64,000 nt of DNA, taken from the NCBI RefSeq assembly GCF_964213995.1, contig NC_135812.1:14012001-14076000 (forward strand). Direction: 5' to 3'. The position numbers and the translations under genes are program-made. The DNA comes from Mustelus asterias. Taxonomy: Eukaryota. This document shows, piece by piece, positions 13,185 to 24,529 of the stretch. The stretch's first letter is position 1; each line of letters opens with the position of its first letter. The notes under the pieces are model-generated. The model searched no databases. It saw only the letters and a program-made list of their open reading frames with translations, and was not told where the DNA came from.

Positions 13185-13765
13185 ACCATGGCTAATTCAC
13201 CCAACCTACACATCTTTGGACACTCAGGGGCAATTTAACATGGCCAATCTACATAACCTTCACATTTTGGACACTAAGGGGCAATTTAGCATGACCAATC
13301 CACCTAACCTACACATCTTTGGACACTAAGGGGCAATTTAGCATGGCCAAACCATATAACCTTCACATCTTTGGACACTAAGGGGCAACTTAGCATGGCC
13401 AATCCACCTAACATGCACATCTTTCGACGCTAAGGAGCAATTTAGCATGGCCAATCCACCCAACATGCACATCTTTGGACGCTAAGGGGCAACTTAGCAT
13501 GGCCAATCCACCTAACATGCACATCTTTGGACGCTAGAGGGAAATTTAGCATGGCCAATCCACATAACCTAAATATCTTTGGACACTAAAGGGCAATTTA
13601 GCATAGCCAATCCATATAACCTAAACATCTTTGGACACCAAGGGACAATTTAGCATGGCCAATCCACTTCATCTGCACACCTTTGGACTGAATGGGGCAA
13701 TTTAACATGGCCAATCCACCTAACCTTCACATCTTTGGACGCTAAGGGGCAATTTAGCATGGTAA
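13185..13765. repeat. Approximately 52-bp tandem repeat (about 11 units) expanded from a SINE internal segment
   Basis: ggacactaaggggcaatttagcatggccaatccacctaacctacacatcttt units. Confidence 0.92.
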
Positions 13766-14916
13766 ATTCACATAAGAAGATTAAAGCGCATGGGATTGGG
13801 GGAAGTGTATTGAGATGGATAGAAAACTGGGTGACAGAGAGGAAACAAAGAGTAGGAATTAATTGGTACTTTTCAAATTGGCAGGTAGTAACTAATGAAG
13901 TGCCACAGGAGTCAGTGCTGGGATCCCAGCTATTCACAATATATGTTAATGATTTGGATGAGGGAACAAAATGTAACATCTCAAAGTTTACAGTTGATAC
14001 CAAGTTGGGCGGGAGGGTGAACTGTGACGAGGATGCAGAGATCCTTCGGAATGATCTGGACAGGTTGGGTGGGTGGGCTAATCAATGGCAGATGCAGTAT
14101 AATTTGGATAAGTGTGAGGTTATTCACTTTGAAAGCAAAAACAAGAAGGCAGATTACTATCTGAATAGCTGTAAATTGGGAGAGGGGAGTGTCCAACGGG
14201 ACCTGGGTGTCCTTGTGCACCAGTCGCTGAAGGTAAGCATGCAGGTGCAGCAGGCGGTAAAGAAAGCAAATGGCATATTGGCCTTCATTGCAAGAGATTT
14301 CAAATACAGGAGCAGGGATGCATTATTGCAATTACACAGGGCCTTGGTGAGGCCACACCTAGCGTACAGTGCGCAGTTTTGGTCTCATTTTCTGAGGAAG
14401 GATGTTCTTGCTCTCGAGGGAGTGCAGCGAAGGTTTACCAGGCTGATTCCGGGGATGGCGGAACTGATGTGTGAGGAGAGATTGACTAGGTTAGGATTGT
14501 TTTCGCTGGAGTTCAGACGAATGAGGAGGGATTTCATAGAGACTTATAAAATTCTAACAGGACTAGACAGGATCGATGCAGGGAGGATATTCCCAATGGT
14601 GGGGGAATCCAGAACCAGGGGTCACAATCTGAGGATTCAGGGTAGACCATTTAGGACGGAGGTGAGGAGACCTTTCTTCACCCAGAGAGTGGTGAGCCTG
14701 TGGAATTGATTACCACAGGAAGTAGTTGATGCCAAAAGATTGAATTTATTCAAGAGGCGGCTGGATATAGCACTTGGGTTGAATGGGATCAAAGGTTATG
14801 GGGAGAAAGCAGGATTAGGCTATTGAGTTGGACGATCAGCCACGATCATAATAAATGGCGGAGCAGGCTCGAAGGGTCAAATGGCCTCCTCCTGCTCCTA
14901 TCTTCTATGTTTCTAT
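13766..14916 (+). mobile_element. CR1 LINE 3' ~1.15 kb (RT C-terminal half, decayed)
   Basis: ORF 13735-14709 with a degenerate FADD (FTVD) motif; TTCTATG tail. Confidence 0.93.
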
Positions 14917-15035
14917 AACCTACACATCTTTAGACACTAACCTGTACATCTTTGGACTGTGGGAAGAAACCCACGCAGACACAAGGAGAACATACAGACT
15001 CTACAGTCACCCAAGGCTGGCGCTGTGAGGCACTG

Positions 15036-15250
15036 GATAAAAGCAAATTTTTTGCTGGAATTTGAAACCAAAAGAGAAAATGCTGGAAAATCCCAGCAGG
15101 TCTGGCAGCATCTGCAAGGAGAGGAAAGAGCTGACGTTTCGAGTCCAGATGACCCTTTGTCAAAGCTCTGACTCAAAACGTCAGCTCGTTTCCTCTCCTT
15201 ACAGATGCTTGCCAGACCTGCTGAGATTTTCCAGCATTTTCTATTTTGGT
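15036..15250. mobile_element. Palindromic Penelope-like family B mini-element inserted in a SINE
   Basis: 15068-15145 is the inverted repeat of 15170-15250; degenerate hammerhead at the centre. Confidence 0.75.
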
Positions 15251-15497
15251 GCTGTGAGGCAGCAGTTCTAACCACTGTGCCGCCCCCTTACAGTGTTGTT
15301 ATATTCAGTCTGGTTCTTTTGGCTGCTCCCACTAGTTACTTTAACCCTGCCATTTTCTCCTGTGTTTGCGCTGTCAGGATCCCCCGAGCATTTGTTAGTT
15401 TCACAATGGAAACCCCGCTTTCCGCGGCCAGTTTCCAACAACAACACAATCATGACATTAGACTCGGCTCTCCGTGTACTCGGTCTGATGTTCTTAC

Positions 15498-15543
15498 CGG
15501 CAGCAAGAATGGAAAAGAGTAGAAGGAATATTTTCCAATACAT
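15498..15543 (-). CDS. TAPBPL: Tapasin-family gene exon 1 (signal peptide MYWKIFLLLFSILAA)
   Basis: Kozak ccgccATG at 15543; hydrophobic leader; donor G|GTAAG phase 1 joins in frame to the next exon. Confidence 0.85.
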
Positions 15544-15589
15544 GGCGGGTCCTCTGTCCGCGCTGCTGTCTATCAGGCTGCTGCCTCTC

Positions 15590-15601
15590 ACTTTCGCTTT
15601 C
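15590..15601 (-). promoter_or_regulatory. IRF-E/ISRE element upstream of the tapasin-family gene
   Basis: GAAAGCGAAAGT matches IRF consensus GAAA(G/C)(T/C)GAAA(G/C)(T/C), about 50 nt upstream of the ATG; adjacent kB-like AGGAAGTTCC at 15612-15621. Confidence 0.7.
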
Positions 15602-15699
15602 AATTCAAACAAGGAAGTTCCGAAAGGCAGTTTGAAGGGACGTTTTTGGGAGATGGGGATCTGGTGGTGGAAGAGGGAGAGAGTGGGGTGGTGGAAGAG

Positions 15700-16750
15700 G
15701 TAGAGATTGGGAGGGGAGGGGAGAGGGAGAGATTGGCGGAGAGGGAGAGATTTGGGGGGAGAGGGAGAGATTGGGGTCAGAGGGAGAGATTGGGGGTCAG
15801 AGGGAGAGATTGGGGGTCAGAGGGAGAGATTGGGGGGCAGAGGGAGAGATTGGGGGCAGAGGGAGAGATTGGGGGCAGAGGGAGAGATTGGGGAGCAGAG
15901 GGAGAGATTGGGGCAGAGAGAGATTGGGGGGCAGAGGGAGAGATTGGGGGGCAGAGGGAGAGATTGGGGGCAGAGGGAGAGATTGGGGGCAGAGGGAGAG
16001 ATGGGGCAGAGAGAGAGATTGGGGGCAGAGGGAGAGATTGGGGGGCAGAGGGAGAGATTGGGGGCAGAGGGAGAGATTGGGGGCAGAGGGAGAGATTGGG
16101 GGCAGAGGGAGAGATTGGGGGGCAGAGGGAGAGATTGGGGAGCAGAGGGAGAGATTGGGGAGCAGAGGGAGAGATTGGGGCAGAGAGAGAGATTGGGGGC
16201 AGAGGGAGAGATTGGGGACAGAGGGAGATATTGGGGGACAGAGGGAGATATTGGGGGGCAGAGGGAGATATTGGGGGGCAGAGGGAGAGATTGGGGGGCA
16301 GAGGGAGAGATTGGGGGGCAGAGGGAGAGATTGGGGGGCAGAGGGAGAGATTGGGGGGCAGAGGGAGAGATTGGGGAGAGGGAGAGATTGGGGGAAGAGG
16401 GAGAGATTGTGGGAGAGAGATTGGGGGGAGAGAGATTGGGGAGAGGGAGAGATTTGGTGGAGAGGGAGAGATCTGGGGGAGGAGAGATTGGAGGAAGGGG
16501 GAGAGATTGGGGGAAGGGGGAGAGATTTGGGGAAGGGGAGATTTGGGGTGGGGGTGAGGGGGAGATTTGGGGTGGGGGTGAGGGGGAGATTTGGGGTGGG
16601 GGTGAGGGGGAGATTTGGGGTGGGGGTGAGGGGGAGATTTGGGGTGGGGGTGAGGGGGAGATTTGGGGTGGGGGTGAGGGGGAGATTTGGGGTGGGGGTG
16701 AGGGGGAGATTTGGGGTGGGGGTGAGGGGGAGATTTGAGGGGAGAGATTT
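15700..16750. repeat. G-rich minisatellites: ~19-20-bp GGGGCAGAGGGAGAGATTG array and 24-bp GGGGTGGGGGTGAGGGGGAGATTT x ~8
   Basis: Direct reading. Confidence 0.95.
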
Positions 16751-17074
16751 GGGGTTGGGACAGTAGGGAGCTAAAGAGAAGTGGAGGGAAGATTGGGGGT
16801 GGTTCTGGGGTTGTGCTGGGCAAATGGGGTGAAGCTTGGTGGGAATAATGGGGTGAACGGGGATCTGAGGAAGGGGTGGTGCTGGAGACTGAAAGGAAGA
16901 CGGGAGGAAAATCATGATCAAGGTAGATTGAGGCAGGCAGAAATAAAAATATAAAACTGGCAGCATCTGACCTGATTATTTCCAGCATTGTCTGTTTTTA
17001 CTGAGTGATTTCAGATTCCCAGCATCTGAGTATTTTGATAGGGGAGGGAGTCAGAAACAAGAGATGTGCATGGG

Positions 17075-17310
17075 GAAGTTTTTCACGCAGAGAGTGGTGG
17101 GTGCTTGGAACGCGCTGCCAGAGGAGGTGGTGGAAGCAGGCACATTAGCAGCATTTAAGAGGCATCTAGATGGGTACACGAATAGGGAGGGAATAGAGGG
17201 ATACGAACCGAGTAAGGGCAGAAGGATTTTTTTAGTTTAGTTAGGGCATCATGATCGGCGCAGGTTTGGAGAGCCGTAGGGCTTATTCCTGTGCTGTACT
17301 TTGTTCTTTG
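17075..17310 (+). mobile_element. CR1 3' fragment
   Basis: FTQRVVGAWNALP-coding segment. Confidence 0.8.
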
Positions 17311-19314
17311 GAGGGGTGAGGGGAGATGGAAAAGAAAACTTTGCAGGTTAAAGAACAGTTTTCAGTAAACCAGACTAACAATTCCTGGGGGCCCCTCCAC
17401 ATTTTCTCCACACATTAAAATACAAAATATAAAAATATTTGTGCAGAGAGAGGGCTTATGAAAATGCTGTATTTATATCCTAACCATCTGCCAACTCTGC
17501 CTCCAATCCTCTGACACTTATTTAATTACTACAATATTCTGATCCATTGATTATATTTTTTCTGCAGTACCCCACACTTGGCAGGGACCCCCAGGCATAA
17601 ACCTGTGAATTTATCCACCCCTTGTGATATGAATAATAAGATAGTAAAACTTCAGTCCAAGGCTATTTCTAATTTGAAATAAAAGTTTCAAATACTGCAT
17701 TATCATTGGAATTCATCTAATTCCTGGGCCAAATGATATGATTGGAGGGTGGGTTCTTTTTGATATTATTTTATTTGATTTATCATGTTAATATACAGTA
17801 AAAAGTATTGTTTCTTGCGCGTTATACAGACATCGAGGAGAGGGTGCAGAATGTAGTGTTACAGTCATAGCGAGGGTGCATGCAAAAATCAACTTAGTGC
17901 AAGGTAGGTCCATTCAAAAGTCTGATGGTAGCAGGGAAGAAGCTGTTCTTGAGTCGGTTGGTACGTGACCTCTGACTTTTGTATCTTTCTCCCGACGGGA
18001 AGGTGGTGGAAGAAAGTATGCCCAGGGCGCATGGGGTCCTTAATTATGCCGGCTGCTTTTCCGAGGCCGCGGGAAGTGTAGACAGTGTGAATGGATGGGA
18101 GGCTGGTTTGCATGATGGACTGGGCTACATTCACAACCCTTTGTAGTTTCTTGCGGTCTTGTATCAACCTTGGAATTAAACAGGATGAGATTGTGCTGTG
18201 CAACATCTTGCATTACTGCAACTGTATAAAGTTCTACTGCCGTCGATATGTGCATTTGAAAGGAGTTAATTCCTCAGTAAAACTGCCGACAATGGAAATC
18301 CACAAGTGCTACAAGTTTCTCTTTGTTTCAAACAATTATTCCAAAAACAAACCATAGAATACATACTTAACTATGTCGGTCACATTAATGTACACGGAGA
18401 TAAAGAGAGACAAATAATGTCTGTAACTAGCATATCGCTAATACTGCTAAAAACCACAGGATTCTACAGTTATGTTAAGGGATAAAAATGCGACATACAA
18501 GGTCAGACAGTAGAAACTTCATAAATACATGAATCTTCTGAATACATCAACACTTTAGACAGAAAATTACATTTCATTTTTAAGTACAAGGGACAAAGTG
18601 TTCATTATTTTTGATTACACAAAAACAAGTGCAGATTAAGCTATACAATATACTATTAAAACACTCCGAACTAAAGAAACAATAGAGGAATGGATACAAA
18701 ACATTACAATATTAGCAGAGATTGCTTAGAGAATTGAACCATGAAAAAAAAGTATCAGTGCAATATGTGCAAGTAGTGCATTGAGCTGTACAGCCAGAAC
18801 CATGAAATTTATTTTCTTAAATATATTGTAATATCTAGCTTATTAAGTATAGATCAATCCTTGAATCACATTATGGGATGCTGCTTAATGTTTTCCTATG
18901 AAATTACTAACCTGCCATTTAAAATAAAGTTATATTGGAATATTGGAGAAATGAATTTTGCAAGAACACATTACACGTGCTAACGTTGTATGGTGTAACT
19001 ATAAAGCCTCAACCTTTCCTTCAAGATAGATCAACCATTTTTCTCTTGAATAGTCATCCCTTCATTCAGCTACCACTCCACCACACCTCCCCCCCCCCCC
19101 CTCCTCTGCCAGTTTTATTCCTGTTCATAATTCTGCAGTCTGCATTACCTCCCGGAGGTGGATAGATGATCTCCTCCTAGAACTTTCTTTGCTGATCTCC
19201 TTACACCCGCTTGAAGATGTCCACTAGCAGCCATGGGGCAACATTTTTTCCAATTCTTCCGACCCTTTTGAGATGGCCGTTGATGGAAACTCAATCACGA
19301 AAATTTATATATAA

Positions 19315-19622
19315 CAGAATCCTACAGTGCAGAAGGAGGCCATTCAGCCCATCGAGTCAATCCCACCCAGGCCCTATCCTCATAACCCCATGCATTTACC
19401 CTAGCTAGTCCCCCTGACACTAAGGGGCAATTTAGCATGGCCAATCCACCTAACCCACACATCTTTGCACTGAGAGGGGAAACCGGAGCACCCAGAGGAA
19501 ACCCATGCAGACACGGGGAGAATGTGCAGACTCCGCACACAGACAGTGACCCAAGGCGGGAATCGAACTCGGGTCCCTGGCACTGTGAGGCAGCAGCGCT
19601 AACCACTGTGCCACCGTTCTGC
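19315..19622 (-). mobile_element. V-SINE
   Basis: Full-length copy; others at 20513-20932, 25464-25762, 40510-40830, 49167-49467, 51870-52180, 54627-54925, 57432-57715. Confidence 0.85.
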
Positions 19623-19639
19623 CCTGTAAAATAACCCTG

Positions 19640-19673
19640 TGGAGATGCCAGGGATTGAACCCGGGGCCTCATA
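19640..19673 (-). pseudogene. 3' half of tRNA-Ala (fragment)
   Basis: TATGAGGCCCCGGGTTCAATCCCTGGCATCTCCA matches the vertebrate tRNA-Ala 3' half; no D-arm or anticodon. Confidence 0.7.
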
Positions 19674-21401
19674 GTATGGCATCACAGGCTGGTGCCCCAA
19701 TACATGGTGGGACAGAGCACAGCTTGAAAAGGGTTGTCTGACCAGATACAATAGAAATCTCCTGAGTCGAGCTCCATAGTGAACTTAGCATCGATTGGGA
19801 GGTTAAATGAAATCAATGGGTATTCCCGAAGCATTTTGCCTTCAAGGTCGTTTTCTAGAACGGCTCAATGAATTTAAACAACCACGTCAGGAAAACCCCA
19901 AATTCAATTCTCCAGAGTGTGTGCAGTTCACTTATTGACCTCATCCAGAAGGAAGCTACAGCTGAATACGGATGAGACAGAAAGGGCTGAATTTACTGAG
20001 GTTTCGGCCATCTGTTGACCCCAGTAAGTAGATATTGAGTGGCAAAAAAACATAGTGACACCCCCCACCAATGTCACAACTCACATGTGAATCATGGCTA
20101 CTTAGATGAGCTATCCAGAGCCAAGCCGTACCAAGGAGTCAGTTCTTTCAAAAGAGGGAAGGGAAAGGAGGCGGGGAGGATGAAGAGTGGGATGGCAGGT
20201 TAAAAATCCTCCCTCCTTGCAGCTTCTAATTATGGTTTCTTTAATTATCAAGAGATAATCTGGATAATATTAAGAATGCTTATGCTGTGGTACATAGTTC
20301 TGTTAAACAGACAGTAAAGAGCTCCATAAAGAGAAAATTTGGCAAGCTTTGTAGTGGATCACCACTTTCATCGAGTATAATCAGTACATCACAATAAAAT
20401 TATATCCCACTTTATAACAGTCACCATACTTCAAAATACATCACTGGCTGTAAAGCACATTGGCTGTCCTGCAGTGGTGAAAGGCATTGGAGACACACAA
20501 GTCCATTTTAAAATCATAGGACACACACAGTGCAAAAAGAGGCCATTTGGCCCATCGAGTCTGCACCAACTCTCCCAAAGAGATCCCACCCAGGCCCTCC
20601 TGATTGTCACAGTAACTTCATTGCAGTGTTAATGTAAGCCTACTTGTGACACTAATAAATAAACTTTAAACTCTGCCCTATCCCTGTAACCCCTGCATGT
20701 TTACCATGGCTTATCCACCTAACCTACACATTTTGGGACACTAAGGGGAAAACTTAGCATGGCCAATCCACCTAACCGGCACATCGTTTGGACTGTGGGA
20801 GGAAACTGCAGCACCCGGAGGAAACATCTGCAGACACGGGGAGGACGTGCAGATTCCACACAGTCACCCAAGGTCGGATTCGAACCCAGGTCCCTGGTGC
20901 AGTGAGGCAGCAGTGCTATCCACTGTGCCACCCACCATTTTCTTTTTACATCAACTAATTAAGCTCAGGGGACTTGTACAAAAGTATGAATGGCAAGGTT
21001 TTAATTTCAGAATAAAAGGCCAAATTTCAACAGGTGCTGCAGGAGACACTGGCTCGGAATAAACCTCATCTGCTGGCAATCACATCTGTCCGAAATGCCA
21101 CAAAATTTACCAGTATCAGTAAAATTAGACATTTCATGTCCAAAAATACAATTTAGTGTAACCAGAAACTGCTCTCCAGGACAGTGAGGCAATAGAAAGG
21201 CATTAAAACAAATCCCCTCTGCAGCAAGGTTTCTCGTACCATCTTTGTGAGTCACACTGGAGTTGGAGTGCTGCCATTTTGGAGAGGCACTCGGACATTA
21301 CTGAGTTTACAACCTAGTGTGGGTCCCTGCCTGTACCATGCTTCCAGTCACCAAGAGTATTTGATGGTCCCTGTTTAAAATACACACGTTAATTACAGTC
21401 C

Positions 21402-21869
21402 TTATTTGCTTTGATTTGCTCGATTCTTTCGTGTGGCTTCTTCAGCTTTACTCTGTCTCCACTCACAAATGTCTGCAAAGTCACAGTACCGACATTTCCA
21501 CGCCTCCTCGATATCCACGCCCCTGGCCTCCCTCTGGCCCTTCCAGAAGGAGCAATAGTGCCGCAGCTCGCTTTTAACCCACTCCTCTTCAAAGGGCACC
21601 ACTTCTGTTCCGATCACAGAGGCGTCCGCTTGGTAACAGTATTCGATCTTCAGGGTGTCGACGGTGGGGATCTCCGCGTACGTCAGGTTTAGCAACACTA
21701 AATCCAGAAGGTCGCCAAACGTGCTTACCGTATATCCCACACTCTGAGCGTGCGCGAGCACCTCTGACCCAAACGGCTGCTCTGTCCGTAAGCGGAGGTG
21801 GTGAGTGATGGTGTCCTTCTTCAGTTGGCCTTTGATCATCGCCTCAAAGAGAAGTTTGTATATGCTAAC
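21402..21869 (-). CDS. EXO5: EXO5 exon 6 (terminal; EEAWKCRYCDFADIC)
   Basis: Three C-terminal Fe-S cysteines, stop TAA; joined CDS 1203 nt. Confidence 0.95.
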   Translation of the reverse strand, partial: VSIYKLLFEAMIKGQLKKDTITHHLRLRTEQPFGSEVLAHAQSVGYTVSTFGDLLDLVLLNLTYAEIPTVDTLKIEYCYQADASVIGTEVVPFEEEWVKSELRHYCSFWKGQREARGVDIEEAWKCRYCDFADICEWRQSKAEEATRKNRANQSK

Positions 21870-23150
21870 CTGGTAATAAAAGGGATTTGATCTTATTAAA
21901 CGATAACAGCACAGAGACAAGATCACTCCGACATCTGTTTGTTAATCATTTCACACTCGAGGACGTCACTGGTTCCCCTAGTTTTGTGGCATAGATTGTG
22001 CCTGGACTACAAAGCAAGAAAAGCAAAGTGACTTTACAGCAGCAACCCATAACTTCATCCCAAGTGGACATTTGCCAAGGCATTTTGTCATTTAATGTGC
22101 CTGAATTGATTTAAACAGAACACAGCAGCACCAAGAAATAAATACTGCTGTTTAAACAGCGAGTTCTGGCATTGAAACATCTCCGAGGACAACATTTTGT
22201 AAAGTGCTAGAACTGTGAGGTAGAGAGGTCCACAGTCATTCTGCAGCTGCAGTGTCCCAAACATTAATGGGGAAATTGTTTGAGGGAGGAATATTAATAA
22301 GTGTATCAAAACTGAAGCAGTATTTCAATCAGATGCATTCAGGAACACGACCGACATTCCTACAGACTTAGAGAGAAACAGAGTCGCCTATTTCAAATAC
22401 ATGTACAATGCAAAATCATAGAATCACAGAATCCCTACAGCACAGGAGACGGCCATTCGGCCCATTGAGTCCGCACCGACCACAATCACAGCCAGACCCT
22501 ATTCCCACAACCCCACATATTTACCCTGCTCATCCCCCAAAATTAAGGGGCAATTTAGCATGGCCAGTCCACCTAACACACACACACATTTGCGGACAAC
22601 TGTGCCACCGTGCTGCCCAGAGATGGCTAGCTAACAGGAAACAGTTGGCAAAAGTGGGCGATTTTCTGGTTGGGAAGATGTAACAAGGGGTGTGCCACAG
22701 GGATCAGTGCTGGGGCCTCAACATCTTCCAATTTATATAAACGACTTGGATGATGGGACTGAAGGTGTGGTGCAGATAGGTAGGAAAGTAAGATGTGATG
22801 AGGACATCAGGAGACTACAAAAGGATATAGATAGGTTAAGTGAGTGGGCTAAGATCTAGCAAATGGAGCATAGAATCATAGAATCCCTATAGTGCAGAAA
22901 CAGGCCATTCGGCCCATTAAACCTGTACTAACAATCCCATGATGTGGAGATGCCGGCATTGGACTGGGGTAAACACAGTAAGAGTTTTAACAACACCAGG
23001 TTAAAGTCCAACAGGTTTATTTGGTAGCAAATGCCATTAGCTTTCGGAGCGCTGCTCCTTTGTCAGATGGAGTGGAAATCAATCCCACCCAGGCCCTATC
23101 CCTGTAACCCTGCATATTTACCCTGTCGGTCCTCCTGACAATAAGGGGGA

Positions 23151-23500
23151 ATTTTGTCATTTAATGGGACTGAATGTGATTTAAACAGAGCACAACAGCA
23201 CCAAGGAATAAATTCTACTGTTTAAACATCGAGTTCTGTCATTGAATCATCTCAGAGGACAACATTTTGTAAAGTGCTAGAACGGTGCGGTAGAGGGATA
23301 CACAGTCATTCTGCAGCTGCAGTGTCCCAATTCATCAACAGCACCAACCACGAAAAATCCCCTCCAGCTCTCCAAACACTGGCAACTCTCATACACGCTC
23401 TGCTGTACAAGGCACAACCATGTCACTTCTTTAGACACACCGTACAGCTGAATGGTCAGTCACAACGTCATTCACTACTAAAGCAGGCAGTTAGAGAGTT
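23151..23500 (+). pseudogene. Chimeric local duplication containing a partial EXO5 exon 5 pseudo-exon
   Basis: 23151-23330 copies 22082-22260; 23331-23500 copies 26984-27154. Confidence 0.9.
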
Positions 23501-24529
23501 TAGCATGGCCAATCCACCTAACCCACACATCTGATCAAACTGAATGGAATCTATATACAAAGATAGACTAAAAAGCTTTTGCAGGTAGAGGTTAGAAAGA
23601 AAGAACTGTATATTTAAAGGTTATCTATAAAGGAATACCTCATGGCATAGATATTTTCGTGGTTTTCCTTTCAAGGGTTTAAATAATAATATTTTCTTAA
23701 TATATTACGCTATAGAATGTTGTAGAATGGCCTGATCAGAGAATTTATCAAACAATTAAGAAACCTAAAATGGGGTCTGAGGCGATGCCACTTTTGAAGA
23801 ATGATCTAGTGGAAGCAAGAGGATACTTTCTAGTCGTTAAACAATTAATAAAGTTCTGAATTTATGGACACTTAAAACACCTTCTCAGCCTTCTGCATGT
23901 TCATTTACATTCCCTTTATCCAATTCCACCTCCCCTCCCTCACAGTAGAAATCACTGTTGACTCTTTCCTCTCAGCTCTGACGAAGGGTTATCCAGTCTC
24001 GAAACGCTGGCGCTATTCTCTCTCCATAGATGCTGTCAGACCAGCTGAGATTTTCCAGCAATTTTCTGTTTTTGTTCCAGATTCCAGCATCCACAGTATT
24101 TTGTGTTTATATTATTATAGAGTTCTTCTGTTTGTTATCTGGAGGACATTACTGAACATTTATTTAAATAAGTGAAGGCATTTTCAAGGGCGCAGGAAGT
24201 TGGGAATCACCAGACATTGATCTAACACTGTGATCAAGCTGAGGTCTAGTAGATTCCGGAGAATCCACAGGCAAGCAAATGAGAGGCAGCCAGAGGGAAG
24301 CTTGGAGACTGGAGTGGAGCAGTGGCCACCTGTGCCTTGCAGGGAGGGCTGGTTGTCTCACCTAGAAATGAGCATGCATGCAGGAACACCGAGAGTGGCA
24401 ACAAGTTCACAAGGTAGACCTGTAGAAAGCAAAGCTGCTGGGAGGCATCAGCCTTGTTCAAGAGAGGGGAACATATTAAAATATTTAAGTAGGAACAGCT
24501 AGCTCACTGATATCTGCAAGCAAGATGTC

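Noticed and set aside
13185-13765. CRISPR-like periodic array
   Set aside because: No unique spacers; tandem SINE-derived units in a vertebrate genome
13735-14709. 324-aa RT ORF as an active or domesticated gene
   Set aside because: 5'-truncated CR1 with a mutated catalytic motif and a premature stop
15646-16988. Five long ORFs (303-403 aa) on both strands
   Set aside because: Translations of a stop-free G-rich minisatellite
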